Shown here: positions 29,928-38,960 of the stretch, in pieces
Position numbering within the stretch: position 1 is the first letter of the stretch
Layout of the letters: each line of letters starts with the position of its first letter
Assembly: GCA_963845535.1 (NCBI GenBank)
Contig: CAWJSK010000006.1
Coordinates: 1 to 64,000, forward strand
Source of the DNA: an uncultured Spirochaetota bacterium
GTDB taxonomy: Bacteria > Spirochaetota > Spirochaetia > SZUA-6 > Fen-1364
Length of the DNA: 64,000 nt
Reading direction: 5' to 3'
Notes under the pieces: model-generated
The model's input: only the letters and a program-made list of their open reading frames with translations
What the model was told of the DNA's origin: nothing
Databases searched by the model: none
Made by a program: the position numbers and the translations under genes

Positions 29928-30175
29928 ATGGCTTCTTTACGATCCGCTCGGGTTCCTGGAACGTATACAATTCGGGAAGCAGGCACACGCCGAGGAAATC
30001 ACCAGGCAAATCGAGCGTCTGAAAATGCGGCAACGGTACCTCTCTCTCAAGATCGCCTATTGGGATGCGCGGGCGCGCGGCGACGTGAGTGAAGCCGCGA
30101 AGATTGCGGCAAAGTATCAGAGCTGCCTCAAGAATCTGAAACAGGATCTGAATAGGGGACTCAAGGAGAACAGGC
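29928..30175 (+). pseudogene. MerR-family regulator relic with internal deletion of the HTH
   Basis: ATG 29928 ...TYTIREA (MerR-type start) joined out of frame at ~29982 to a MerR-like C-terminal helix AHAEEITRQIERLKMRQRYLSLKIAYW. Confidence 0.65.
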
Positions 30176-31189
30176 ATGGAACGAAGGATTCTCGGTGCCA
30201 CCGGAATCTCGGTGAGCGAGATGGCGCTGGGCACGATGATGTTCGGCGCCTACGGTAACACCGACCACGACGACGCCGTTCGCATTATCCATGCGGCGCT
30301 CGACGCTGGCATCAATTTTGTCGATACCGCGGATGTCTATTCGGCGGGTGAGGCTGAGGAGATCGTCGGCAAGGCGCTGAAAGGCCGGCGTGACGCCGTG
30401 GTGCTGGCGACGAAGTTCTCCCTCCGAATGGGACCTGACGCCAATCAGACAGGAGGGTCGCGTCGCTGGATCATGCGAGCGGTCGACAACAGCTTGCGCC
30501 GGCTCGGCACTGACCACATCGACCTGTACCAGATGCACCGGCCGGACCCGAACACCGATATCGACGAGTCTCTCTCGGCACTTTCGGACCTCGTCCACTC
30601 AGGGAAGGTCAGGGCCATCGGTTCATCCACCTTCCCGGCCGAGCTCATCGTCGAGGCCCAGTGGAAGGCCGAGCGACGAGGGCGGGAACGTTTCCTGACC
30701 GAGCAACCCCGCTACTCCATTCTCAATCGGGCTGCTGAAGCCGCGGTTCTCCCCACGGCCCAGCGCTACAATATGGGGGTGCTGACGTACGGACCGCTGG
30801 GCAGCGGCTGGCTGTCGGGCCGGGCCGACCCGTCAAAAGGCCATCGCGCGGCTGGTGCGGCTGCGAAGGTTTTCGACCTTACCGTGCCGGCCAACAAAGC
30901 CAAATTGGCCGTGGTGGAGCAGCTCACGAGGCTGGCCGCTGAAGCTGGAATGCCCCTGGCACATCTGGCCACTGCATTTGTGTTGGCCCACCCCGTGGTA
31001 ACCTCGGTTCTGATTGGACCCCGCACCATGGAGCACCTCCAAAGCACGCTTGCCGGTGCCGCTGTGCGCCTCAGCGAGGACGTTCTCGACCGTATCGACG
31101 AAATCGTGGCGCCGGGCAGCGAAGTCAACGCTGCGGACAACTACTACACGGTGCCGGCTCTCGCCGACAAGCGCCTCCGGCGCCTGTAG
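30176..31189 (+). CDS. Aldo/keto reductase
   Basis: LGTMMFG, GINFVDTADVYS, VLATKF, SLRRLGTDHIDLYQMH, GKVRAIGSS. Confidence 0.95.
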   Translation: MERRILGATGISVSEMALGTMMFGAYGNTDHDDAVRIIHAALDAGINFVDTADVYSAGEAEEIVGKALKGRRDAVVLATKFSLRMGPDANQTGGSRRWIMRAVDNSLRRLGTDHIDLYQMHRPDPNTDIDESLSALSDLVHSGKVRAIGSSTFPAELIVEAQWKAERRGRERFLTEQPRYSILNRAAEAAVLPTAQRYNMGVLTYGPLGSGWLSGRADPSKGHRAAGAAAKVFDLTVPANKAKLAVVEQLTRLAAEAGMPLAHLATAFVLAHPVVTSVLIGPRTMEHLQSTLAGAAVRLSEDVLDRIDEIVAPGSEVNAADNYYTVPALADKRLRRL

Positions 31190-31233
31190 TCACACCGAGG
31201 GTACTCTCCGCATCCATCGCGTAACAGCCCGTC

Positions 31234-31467
31234 TTATGCCCCCTGCCGGTCCACGTAGAGGTCCAGCAGGCGGCGAATCATCTTCTGGTACTGCGTCTCG
31301 TGCTTCTTCGCTTGCTTCTTGAAGAAGTCCACGCTCCGCCGACTCAGCCCGAGGGTAACCTTGACAGTGTCTTCCTTGTAGACCAGCTCAGACGGCGCAG
31401 GCAGGAAATCCTTGATCACTTCGATCTCGCCCAACGGCTCGTCAGAGTATCTACGGCTTTTCCGCAT
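31234..31467 (-). CDS. BrnA/CopG-like antitoxin
   Basis: DFLPAPSEL, VKVTLGLSRRSVDFFK, YQKMIRRLLDLY; overlaps the toxin 3' end. Confidence 0.85.
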   Translation of the reverse strand: MRKSRRYSDEPLGEIEVIKDFLPAPSELVYKEDTVKVTLGLSRRSVDFFKKQAKKHETQYQKMIRRLLDLYVDRQGA

Positions 31468-31732
31468 AGTAGATATCCTTTCCCTTTCGCCAGTAACCGG
31501 CGCCGATAATCCGGATCTTGCGCTTCCGATAGGTGAAGCGGACCGTCATGATTCCATCACCGACTTTGCCCATGCAGTAGTATCGCCGTTCAACCTGACT
31601 ATGGGCAACGTCCTCCGCTATGACGCGACCAGGATCGCCAAAGGCGTATTGTGCCCGAGCAAATGAAACGCCATGCTTTCGCTGGTTCTCCCTGTCCTTC
31701 TTCTCGTCCCACTCAAACTGGACTTTCTCCAT
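31451..31732 (-). CDS. brnT: BrnT-family ribonuclease toxin
   Basis: FEWDEKKDRENQRKHGVSF, HSQVERRY, IRIIGA. Confidence 0.9.
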   Translation of the reverse strand: MEKVQFEWDEKKDRENQRKHGVSFARAQYAFGDPGRVIAEDVAHSQVERRYYCMGKVGDGIMTVRFTYRKRKIRIIGAGYWRKGKDIYYAEKP

Positions 31733-31911
31733 CGAGCTAGAATACCACCAACGGGACTATCGAGCAATACATCCATACATACCAAGATATGGCTGATGAA
31801 CGATTGATCGGGCGCCGCCTATCTTGGAGACGCCTTTGTCGGAGCTCTACTCGCAACCTCGGTAGGAGGGGTTGACCTTCACGACACAGCCATCATTTTG
31901 AACCGGCAAAG

Positions 31912-31979
31912 CAGAGCTCGCCCGCGTGGTCAACCGAAACGCTCGACGGGAGCGAAAAGCTCAGGGCGGTCTGTTTTTT
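31912..31979 (+). ncRNA. Candidate small structured RNA or attenuator of unknown family
   Basis: Closing stem CAGA..CGCCC/GGGCG.TCTG, two internal hairpins, T6 tract; weak TTGACC-N16-CATTTT upstream. Confidence 0.35.
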
Positions 31980-31980
31980 G

Positions 31981-32010
31981 TTGACGCCGTTGCAAAGCGG
32001 GGGCTATGAT
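31981..32010 (+). promoter_or_regulatory. Sigma70-type promoter for melA
   Basis: TTGACG-N18-TATGAT. Confidence 0.55.
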
Positions 32011-32043
32011 GGTCGTACCACCGCAGCTATGAAGGAGCACAAC

Positions 32044-33462
32044 ATGGCAAAGATTGCAATGATCGGTGCGGGGAGTCTTGTTTTCTGCAAGACGCTTCTC
32101 TCCGATTTTTTGGCCACCCCAGCGCTGGCCGGGAGCGAATACCGTCTCATGGCGCTGACGCACCGACGGCTGGATAAAATGCGTGACTTCACCGAGCGCA
32201 TGATACGGGACAACGGCATCAGGGCAACGGTCACTGCCACCACGGACCGGCGGGAGGCGCTTCGCGGAGCGGACTACGTCGTCATCATGATCCAGGTGGG
32301 CGGAGTGGACGCCTTCCAGCTCGACTATGAGATCCCCATGAAATACGGCGTGGACAACTGCATTGGCGACACCCTGGGCCCCGGGGGAATTTTCCGCGCG
32401 CAGCGCCACGTCCCCGCGCTCCTGGAGATAGCCGCGGAGATGAGGGAGCTGTGCCCAAACGCTCTCCTCCTGAACTACGCCAACCCCATGGCCATGTGCT
32501 GCTGGGCCCTGGGAACGGTGAGCGGGCTGCGCTTCGTCGGGCTGTGCCACGGCGTCCAGACAACCATGGACCTCATTGCCTCATACGTCGGGGCAAAGAA
32601 AGAGGAGATCGATTTCGTCGCCGCCGGCATCAACCACATGGCCTGGTTCCTGAGGCTGGAGAAGGACGGAAAGGACCTCTACCCTCTCCTGAAAGCCAAC
32701 TTCGAGAAGCCGGGCTACTACGCGAATGAGAAGGTGCGCGGAGAAGTGATGCGGCACTTCGGGTATTTCATGACGGAAAGCACGGGCCATCTTTCCGAAT
32801 ACCTGCCGTATTTCAGAAAGAGCAAGAAGGCCCTGGAGCTGTACTGCGATGAGCCGGGCTTCGGCGGGGAAACCGGGGCCTACTATCATTACTGCCGGAT
32901 GATCGATGACAAGTTCCAGAAGCTCGACCCGCTGTCCATCGAGTCAACGAAGCTCGGGACGCGAAGCGCCGAGTACTGCTCCCACATCATTGAGGCGGAG
33001 GTTACTGGGAACCCGTTCCGGCTGAACGGCAACATCAGGAATGACGGCTTCATCACAAACCTGCCGAACGGCTGCTGCGTTGAGGTGCCCATCTACGTGG
33101 ACCGAACAGGACTGCATCCAACGTACATCGGCGCGCTTCCGACGCAGCTTGCGGCGTTGAACATGACCAATGTGATGGTGCAGCAGCTCAGCGTCCAGGC
33201 CGCGCTCACGGGGGACCCCGAAACACTCATGCAGGCGAACGCCCTGGACCCGCTCACCGCCTCCACGCTCACATTGAAGGAAATCCGCGCCATGACCTCG
33301 GAAATGCTGGAGAAGCAGAGGAAGTGGCTGCCCCAGTTCGAGGGCAGGAAGCTGAAGGACGTGCCCACCGTCTCCATCCCCAGAGACGTCAAGCGGCAGG
33401 CGGTGCCCACGGATCCCGCGCTGGCCATTGCCAACCGGTTCACGCGCCTGGCGCAGGTTTAG
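32044..33462 (+). CDS. melA: Alpha-galactosidase, glycoside hydrolase family 4 (NAD+-dependent)
   Basis: KIAMIGAGSLVF, IGDTLGPGG, LNYANPM, VGLCHGVQ, AGINHMAW, TESTGHLSEY; RBS AAGGAG. Confidence 0.9.
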   Translation: MAKIAMIGAGSLVFCKTLLSDFLATPALAGSEYRLMALTHRRLDKMRDFTERMIRDNGIRATVTATTDRREALRGADYVVIMIQVGGVDAFQLDYEIPMKYGVDNCIGDTLGPGGIFRAQRHVPALLEIAAEMRELCPNALLLNYANPMAMCCWALGTVSGLRFVGLCHGVQTTMDLIASYVGAKKEEIDFVAAGINHMAWFLRLEKDGKDLYPLLKANFEKPGYYANEKVRGEVMRHFGYFMTESTGHLSEYLPYFRKSKKALELYCDEPGFGGETGAYYHYCRMIDDKFQKLDPLSIESTKLGTRSAEYCSHIIEAEVTGNPFRLNGNIRNDGFITNLPNGCCVEVPIYVDRTGLHPTYIGALPTQLAALNMTNVMVQQLSVQAALTGDPETLMQANALDPLTASTLTLKEIRAMTSEMLEKQRKWLPQFEGRKLKDVPTVSIPRDVKRQAVPTDPALAIANRFTRLAQV

Positions 33463-33497
33463 CCCGCAGCGCGCTATCGGACAGGGGCTCAAAAAGA

Positions 33498-33541
33498 GCC
33501 GCGTGCGCGGGGCAAGCGGGGCTGCCCTGCGCATTCGCGGC
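33498..33541. terminator. Hairpin between convergent melA and flavin oxidoreductase genes
   Basis: GCCGCG-TGCGCGGGGCA / TGCCCTGCGCA-TT-CGCGGC, with an A-run on the left. Confidence 0.6.
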
Positions 33542-33552
33542 GAAAGATTTCT

Positions 33553-34794
33553 TTATGTGCGCTTTCCCTGCAAGAGCCCTTCCTCTTGGCGGATCTTCTT
33601 CAGGGCGTCCGAGTATTCCCGGGCGTGCGTCGTGCACCCCACGTTCTTCTGCCGGATGAGCAGCTCAATGCAGTTGTCGCAGGCTGTGCACCACTTCACG
33701 TCCTTTTCCCTGCCCTCTGCGAGCTTGCGCGGAAGCTGTCCGTCGGCAAGGGACTGCCTGCCGATGGCAACCATGTCCGTGACGTGGTCCCGGATGTTCT
33801 TGTTGGCCCAGAAAAACAGCGTATTCTCTTCGGGCTTGCGGGCCTGCAGATCGTTCTTCCCATTGTTGAGCACGGAGTAGCCGGACCCTATGACGACAGT
33901 GGACGGTTTCAGTGCGTCGCGCACGGCTTTCTGGAAGGTAAAGTGGAGATAGCAGTCATCCGGAACCTTCTTGTCAGGCTGCGAAAGGGCCAGCGTTATT
34001 GAAGGGCTCCCCGCTGAGACGATGATGAACGAGGCGCCCCGCGCTTCCATACCCTTCACGAGGTCAAGGGACTCGCTGAGGTCCATGACGGGAGAATCAG
34101 GCCCGGCCGTTCCCTGGCCTCCCGGAAAGCCTTCCCAGATGGAGACCTTGGACCCGATGAGGAAGGCAGGATCATTCACCTCCTTCATGATCCTCTCATA
34201 GATCGTATACGTGAAGCGGGTGCGGTTTTCCCACGGCCCGCCGTACTTCCATTTGCGGTCGTTGTAGGGACGCAGAATCTGAGAGTCCAGGTAGCCGTGG
34301 CAGTTCTTGAAATCCACGCCGTCGGCCCCGCAATCATGGGCTATCTTGGCGGACAGGACGAACTGGTCGATTGTCTTGTCGACGTAGTCCTCATCCACGA
34401 CCTCTCCGCCGAAGCCAGGCATTGGCTTCACGCACACCCGGCGGGAAAAAGCTGTATGGCTGAGCTCGCCGGAGTGCGTGAGCTGCCAGACAAAGATCGT
34501 TTTGTTGTTGACCTTTCGCAGCTCGCTCACGAACTTCGCAAGGGCTTTCTGGTTGCGCGGCGTGACGGAAAGCTGCGTCTTCCTGCTGCGGGACTCCCAC
34601 TGAACGGTGATTGCCTCCAGGTCCACAATGCCGGCGCCGCCCTCAAAGAGGTTTTTGTATCTGCGGAGCGTTTTTTCCGTGGGGTTGCCTTCATCGTCTG
34701 AATCACAGCACTCCATGGCGTTGATGACGAAGCGGTTCTGGGCAGTCTTGGTGCCCACTTTGATGGGCTGAAAAACAGGATCATTCGAGCTCAT
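33553..34794 (-). CDS. NADH:flavin oxidoreductase (Old Yellow Enzyme / 2,4-dienoyl-CoA reductase-like)
   Basis: NRFVINAME, WQLTHSG, DGVDFKNCHGYL, YGGPWENRTRF, C-terminal CTACDNC..GC. Confidence 0.88.
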   Translation of the reverse strand: MSSNDPVFQPIKVGTKTAQNRFVINAMECCDSDDEGNPTEKTLRRYKNLFEGGAGIVDLEAITVQWESRSRKTQLSVTPRNQKALAKFVSELRKVNNKTIFVWQLTHSGELSHTAFSRRVCVKPMPGFGGEVVDEDYVDKTIDQFVLSAKIAHDCGADGVDFKNCHGYLDSQILRPYNDRKWKYGGPWENRTRFTYTIYERIMKEVNDPAFLIGSKVSIWEGFPGGQGTAGPDSPVMDLSESLDLVKGMEARGASFIIVSAGSPSITLALSQPDKKVPDDCYLHFTFQKAVRDALKPSTVVIGSGYSVLNNGKNDLQARKPEENTLFFWANKNIRDHVTDMVAIGRQSLADGQLPRKLAEGREKDVKWCTACDNCIELLIRQKNVGCTTHAREYSDALKKIRQEEGLLQGKRT

Positions 34795-34868
34795 GATGGT
34801 CTCCTCCCTCTCAGATGCACCTGATTGGTCACCATGATTGTAGGAGACTTTGTTCTTTCGCTGTTCCT

Positions 34869-34905
34869 AGTTGATTCTCAACTTATCCCTAGGATGTTCC
34901 TAGGG
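34869..34905. promoter_or_regulatory. Two inverted repeats upstream of the flavin oxidoreductase (candidate LuxR-type sites)
   Basis: AGTTGA-TTC-TCAACT (34869-34883) and CCCTAGGA-TGT-TCCTAGGG (34887-34905). Confidence 0.45.
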
Positions 34906-35836
34906 GCGGGCGCGGCCGGTCAATCTTGTCCGCCTCCAGCAGGAATGACTGGAGACTCTTTCCCGAATCATGCAACCCCAGTTTTTTCCTGATGTTCATC
35001 CGGTGGTAGTCCACGGCCTTGATGGAGATGCTCAACAGCTCCGCGATCTTCTTGCTCGATTTGCCGCTTTGCAAGAGAGAGGCAACTTCCATTTCCCGAA
35101 GAGTGAAGTTTGCATTTGCCCGGGACAACATGCTCATGAGCGGAGAAGAGACGTCCCGAAGCCTTGCCTCCAGGAGCTCAACTTCCTGGCAGCCGTCTTT
35201 TCCCTTGAGCAGGGACTTGAGCCTTGCAACAAGCGGATCTATCAGAATGTTGATATTGTTCGCAATATCCTGCGCCATGCGCTTTTCGACCTTGTGTCCC
35301 TGGCGGAGCAGCACGGTCAGGGCCGCTTCCTGCTCGAAAAGAGTCTGATCCTGGAACTGGATCCGTCTCTTCAGGTTTTCGATGGTCTTTTCTTCATCCT
35401 TCATGCTCGTGATGTCTCGTACGTACTCAATGAGACAGAACATCCTCCGGTTGTCGTCGAACAGGGGAAAAACGGAAAGCTCCTGCTCTCCCCCTGCATC
35501 GGGTCCCTCATATGGGACAACGCCAATTTCCGGCCGGCCCGTGCGGACGGCAATCATGGACGGGCAGCTCTCACACGGGCTTCCGCGGCCGTGGTAGACC
35601 TGGTGGCACTTTCTGCCGACGATCGGGGCTGCGTGCGCGTACCAACTCTCCATTGCGCTGTTTGCGCCAAGGATCGTGAGGTCCAAGTCGAGGATGCTGA
35701 TGCCGTCCTTCGACCTGTTGAAGACGTATGTGAAGAACTGCTCGAACTCGTCGAGCATTGACTGGTGTGATTCTTCCGTGGAATCAGGCGCTTTCCTGGA
35801 GAGGAGCCAGTTTTTCAGGAAAGAAAAATCACTCAT
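34889..35836 (-). CDS. PAS-domain LuxR-family transcriptional regulator
   Basis: PAS with CHQVYHGRGSPCESCP, coiled coil, HTH FTLREMEVASLL...SKKIAELLSIS.KAVDYHR. Confidence 0.88.
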   Translation of the reverse strand: MSDFSFLKNWLLSRKAPDSTEESHQSMLDEFEQFFTYVFNRSKDGISILDLDLTILGANSAMESWYAHAAPIVGRKCHQVYHGRGSPCESCPSMIAVRTGRPEIGVVPYEGPDAGGEQELSVFPLFDDNRRMFCLIEYVRDITSMKDEEKTIENLKRRIQFQDQTLFEQEAALTVLLRQGHKVEKRMAQDIANNINILIDPLVARLKSLLKGKDGCQEVELLEARLRDVSSPLMSMLSRANANFTLREMEVASLLQSGKSSKKIAELLSISIKAVDYHRMNIRKKLGLHDSGKSLQSFLLEADKIDRPRPPLGTS

Positions 35837-35859
35837 CCGGGTGGGGGTGGAAAGCAGCC

Positions 35860-37652
35860 TCAGGCTCCTGACGGCCACGCTTCGACTTCCGCGACCGCGG
35901 GAAGGTTGGACGGATTCGCCGCGTGTGCCGTAGGATCGATCCTGAAGTGTCCGGCCACCTCCTGGAGAGTCTGCGCCATTGAAGCAAGCCCATCGGTGGA
36001 GGCGGACAGCTCCTTCGCCGAGGAGGCCGCGGATTGCGCAAGCTCGTTGACGTTCTCCACGGCGGCGGAAACCTGTTTCGCGTTCAGGCTCTGTTGTTCC
36101 GTTGCCGCCGAGATGCTCAAGCTCATCTCATTCACATCAGATAGCGCCGCGGCAAGATCCTTGATTGCCGCCACTTGCTGGTCCATGGAGTGTGACAAGT
36201 CTCCAATCATCTTTTGGACTTTCTGGGAGGAAACTTTGATCCGTTCCATTGTGGCCTGGGATTCTCCCGCAATCTCCACCCCCTGGCCAACCTTGTTCAT
36301 GCTCTCCTTGATCAGGCCCTCGATCTCCTTCGTGGCGGACGAGGAGCGATCAGCCAGCTTGCTCACCTCGGAAGCCACTACGGCAAAACCGCGCCCGTGC
36401 TCCCCGGCCCGGGCCGCTTCGATGGAGGCGTTGAGCGCAAGCAGGTTCGTCTGGTCTGCAATGTCGGATATCACGGAAACAATCCCGCCGATCTTGGAGG
36501 AGCTGTCGCTGATGAGCGACATGGCGTCCACGACGCGGCCGACTGCCTTGGCTCCTTCCTGGGAGCTTTCTACGGATCCCGATGCAAGTTCCGATATCTC
36601 GCCGAGATTGCGGGAAGCCGCAAGGATGGATTTCTCAACCGCCTGCATCGTGTTGGTTCCCTTTTCCGCGGCGATAGCCTGCGAGCTGGCATGGCCGGAC
36701 ACGAGCTCCACGGAGGCTGACAGCTCTTCCACCGAGGCGCTTGTTTCCTCCAGGGTCGTTGCCTGGCCCTGCGCGCCTTCAGCGAGGGAAAGGGCCGTTG
36801 AGGAGATTCCTTGCTGGATGTGGCCACCTGGTCAGCGCTTGACTGGATGGTGGCCACGATCTGGCTCAGATCAGCAGACATCGTGTTGAGAGCGTCGGCA
36901 AGGACGCCGATTTCTCCGCGCTGACCGTCACTCAACCGGGTTGTGAGGTCTCCCGAGGCAACGCGCTGGGCGAACGCCACGCCCCGGGCCAGGGGCCGCG
37001 TTATTGAGAGCGCCAGAAGGATGCCGAGGATGAAGGCAAGCACGGGTCCCATGATGAGACAGGCAAAGGAAACAAGTCGAATGCGGGCCGAAGCGCTTTT
37101 TGCCTGGGCAATTGCGTTGGCTGCTCCTTTCACCTGCAGGTCGTTGTCTTGCGCGAGCAGTTGGAGAACGGGCCCAATGGATACCTGGCTGTACTTCTTG
37201 GCCTGGTCGAACATCTGGCCGTAGATGTCGTCAGAGGGGCTTGCGTCATAGTTCCTGGCGAGACGGACGAACTGATCGTGGTCGGTGGTCCATGCCGTCA
37301 TGGCAAGGAGGAACTGCTTCCAGAGCTGTGATTCATCACCTCTCAGCGCGTATGCCGTGTACATCTCGAGGGCGTCGTCCATCCTCTTCTTTGCGTCATC
37401 GAACGCGGCATACGCGTCCGCCTTCATCTCCGGGGTGGAACCCTTGATCAGGAGCGCATTCTCAGCGTTTTCCACGGAAATGATGGCTTCCCGAATCGTC
37501 AGGAGAGCGATGGAGCGCGGCATCTGTTTCGTGCCAATGTCGAGGATCTGCCTGGTCAGCGTGTCCGCTCCGAAGAGACCCGCCAGACCAACCACCGCGA
37601 TGATGAGCGAAACGAGAATGAACGCCCCGAGGAGTTTAACAAGCAATTTCAT
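35860..37652 (-). CDS. Methyl-accepting chemotaxis protein (four-helix-bundle sensor, HAMP); apparent frameshift at ~36808
   Basis: N-half ORF 36570..37673 (two TMs, HAMP); C-half ORF 35860..36732 ([27 protein letters not shown]); restoring one A (GAA ATC) fuses them. Confidence 0.9.
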
Positions 37653-37793
37653 ATGCTGAACGCCCCTTTCCACGCGGCACGGCTTGCGGTATTGATTGGC
37701 GAGACGGGAGAAGCAGGGAGACCGCTTTCGCGGCCTCCTTGCCTCTTAGGTTCCTGATAGGGCCAGGACGCATTGCGGTCCTGGCGCTCACGC

Positions 37794-38894
37794 TCACTTG
37801 TAGGCCGGATTAGGCTTGAACAGAGGATCACTGATGTCGTAAACGAACGCGCCCGCCGCCCGTTTTGCCAGGTAGTTCTCCGTGATCCACGGGATCAGCT
37901 TGTTGATATCGATGGTGTCCTTCTCGAAGGGCAACATGTTGACGAAGACCGCCTTCGGGAACGGCTTCTTGTCGAAGAAAGCGCTGATCTGCTGGAAGCA
38001 GATGTCGGCTTCGAGCGTCGGGCTTTCGCTGACGTCGAAGGTCTCGATTCCCTTGGTTACCCAGTCCCACGAATCCTCGCGGCCGTTGCTCGAACCGAGC
38101 CAGTACTTGCTGGGATCCAGGCCGGCTTCCTGCATTGCCAGGATGGCGCCCTTCATCATGTCGTCATTCTCGACATACGCCCCGTCAAAACCGTTGGGGC
38201 CGAGTGTGGTGATTGCATCCTGCATGACCTTCTTGGCGGGGTCCGCGAACCAGCTTCCAGAACCCCAGTAGACGACCTTCAGGTCTGCGCCACCCGCGCC
38301 TCGGGTGCCTACGCTCGCCAGCAGATTGCCGATGTCCTTTCCGGCGTCACGGTAGGCCTCCAGGAATCCCTGGGTCTGGCCTGCGGCGGTGCCCTGGCCG
38401 AGCTTGCCTTCGATCATGATCACGCGCTTTACGTTGTGCTTCATCGCGTTGTTACCGGCCATCTTGCCGTCCAGGACCCAGTCGTAGCCCGAGAACCCCG
38501 CAAGGCCCGGATTGTTCGGGGGGTCGTGCGTAAGGTTGAACTCGGGGATGTTCGCTTCATAGCACATCTGCTCTGTCTTGGCCGACGTGTCGGGAGAGTT
38601 CTGCACCACAACAATGGCATCCACTTTCTGAGTGATGAAATTCTGAACGGCGGCCACTTGCTCCGGTGCGGTGCCCTGTCCGGTCACATCCAGGACCTGC
38701 CAGCCCTTCTTCTCTGCAAGCGCCTTGAACACATCAAAGCCGTCCTTGTAGAAAACGTCGGCGGCGTCCTTGTAGTAGCCGATGACCTTGGCCTTGCCGC
38801 TCATCGCGGCGCCTGTGGACTCCTTGTTGCCGCTGGCAAAGGTCATGCCCGCACTAGCGGCAAAGCAAATCAGAAACACGAAAAACCGTTTCAT
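37794..38894 (-). CDS. Monosaccharide ABC transporter substrate-binding protein (RbsB-like)
   Basis: Signal FASGNKE, QVAAVQNFITQKVDAIVV, ENDDMMKGA. Confidence 0.88.
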   Translation of the reverse strand: MKRFFVFLICFAASAGMTFASGNKESTGAAMSGKAKVIGYYKDAADVFYKDGFDVFKALAEKKGWQVLDVTGQGTAPEQVAAVQNFITQKVDAIVVVQNSPDTSAKTEQMCYEANIPEFNLTHDPPNNPGLAGFSGYDWVLDGKMAGNNAMKHNVKRVIMIEGKLGQGTAAGQTQGFLEAYRDAGKDIGNLLASVGTRGAGGADLKVVYWGSGSWFADPAKKVMQDAITTLGPNGFDGAYVENDDMMKGAILAMQEAGLDPSKYWLGSSNGREDSWDWVTKGIETFDVSESPTLEADICFQQISAFFDKKPFPKAVFVNMLPFEKDTIDINKLIPWITENYLAKRAAGAFVYDISDPLFKPNPAYK

Positions 38895-38960
38895 GAAACC
38901 CTCCTTAGAGTTGCACGTCGAAACTCCGGACAGCCCTCACGGAACTGCCGCTCTGTCCAA

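Noticed and set aside
31900..31980. Assignment as ykkC/guanidine, c-di-GMP-I, glycine or glutamine riboswitch, or hammerhead ribozyme
   Set aside because: Only short partial resemblance; conserved cores such as TAGGGTTCCG, GGCAAAC..GAAA and CTGANGA are missing.
36795..36820. Programmed ribosomal frameshift in the MCP
   Set aside because: No slippery heptamer or stimulatory structure seen; a one-base loss in an A-run explains it.
37676..37695. Sigma54 promoter-like CGGCACGGCTTGC
   Set aside because: GG-to-GC spacing is wrong and it points away from the adjacent gene.
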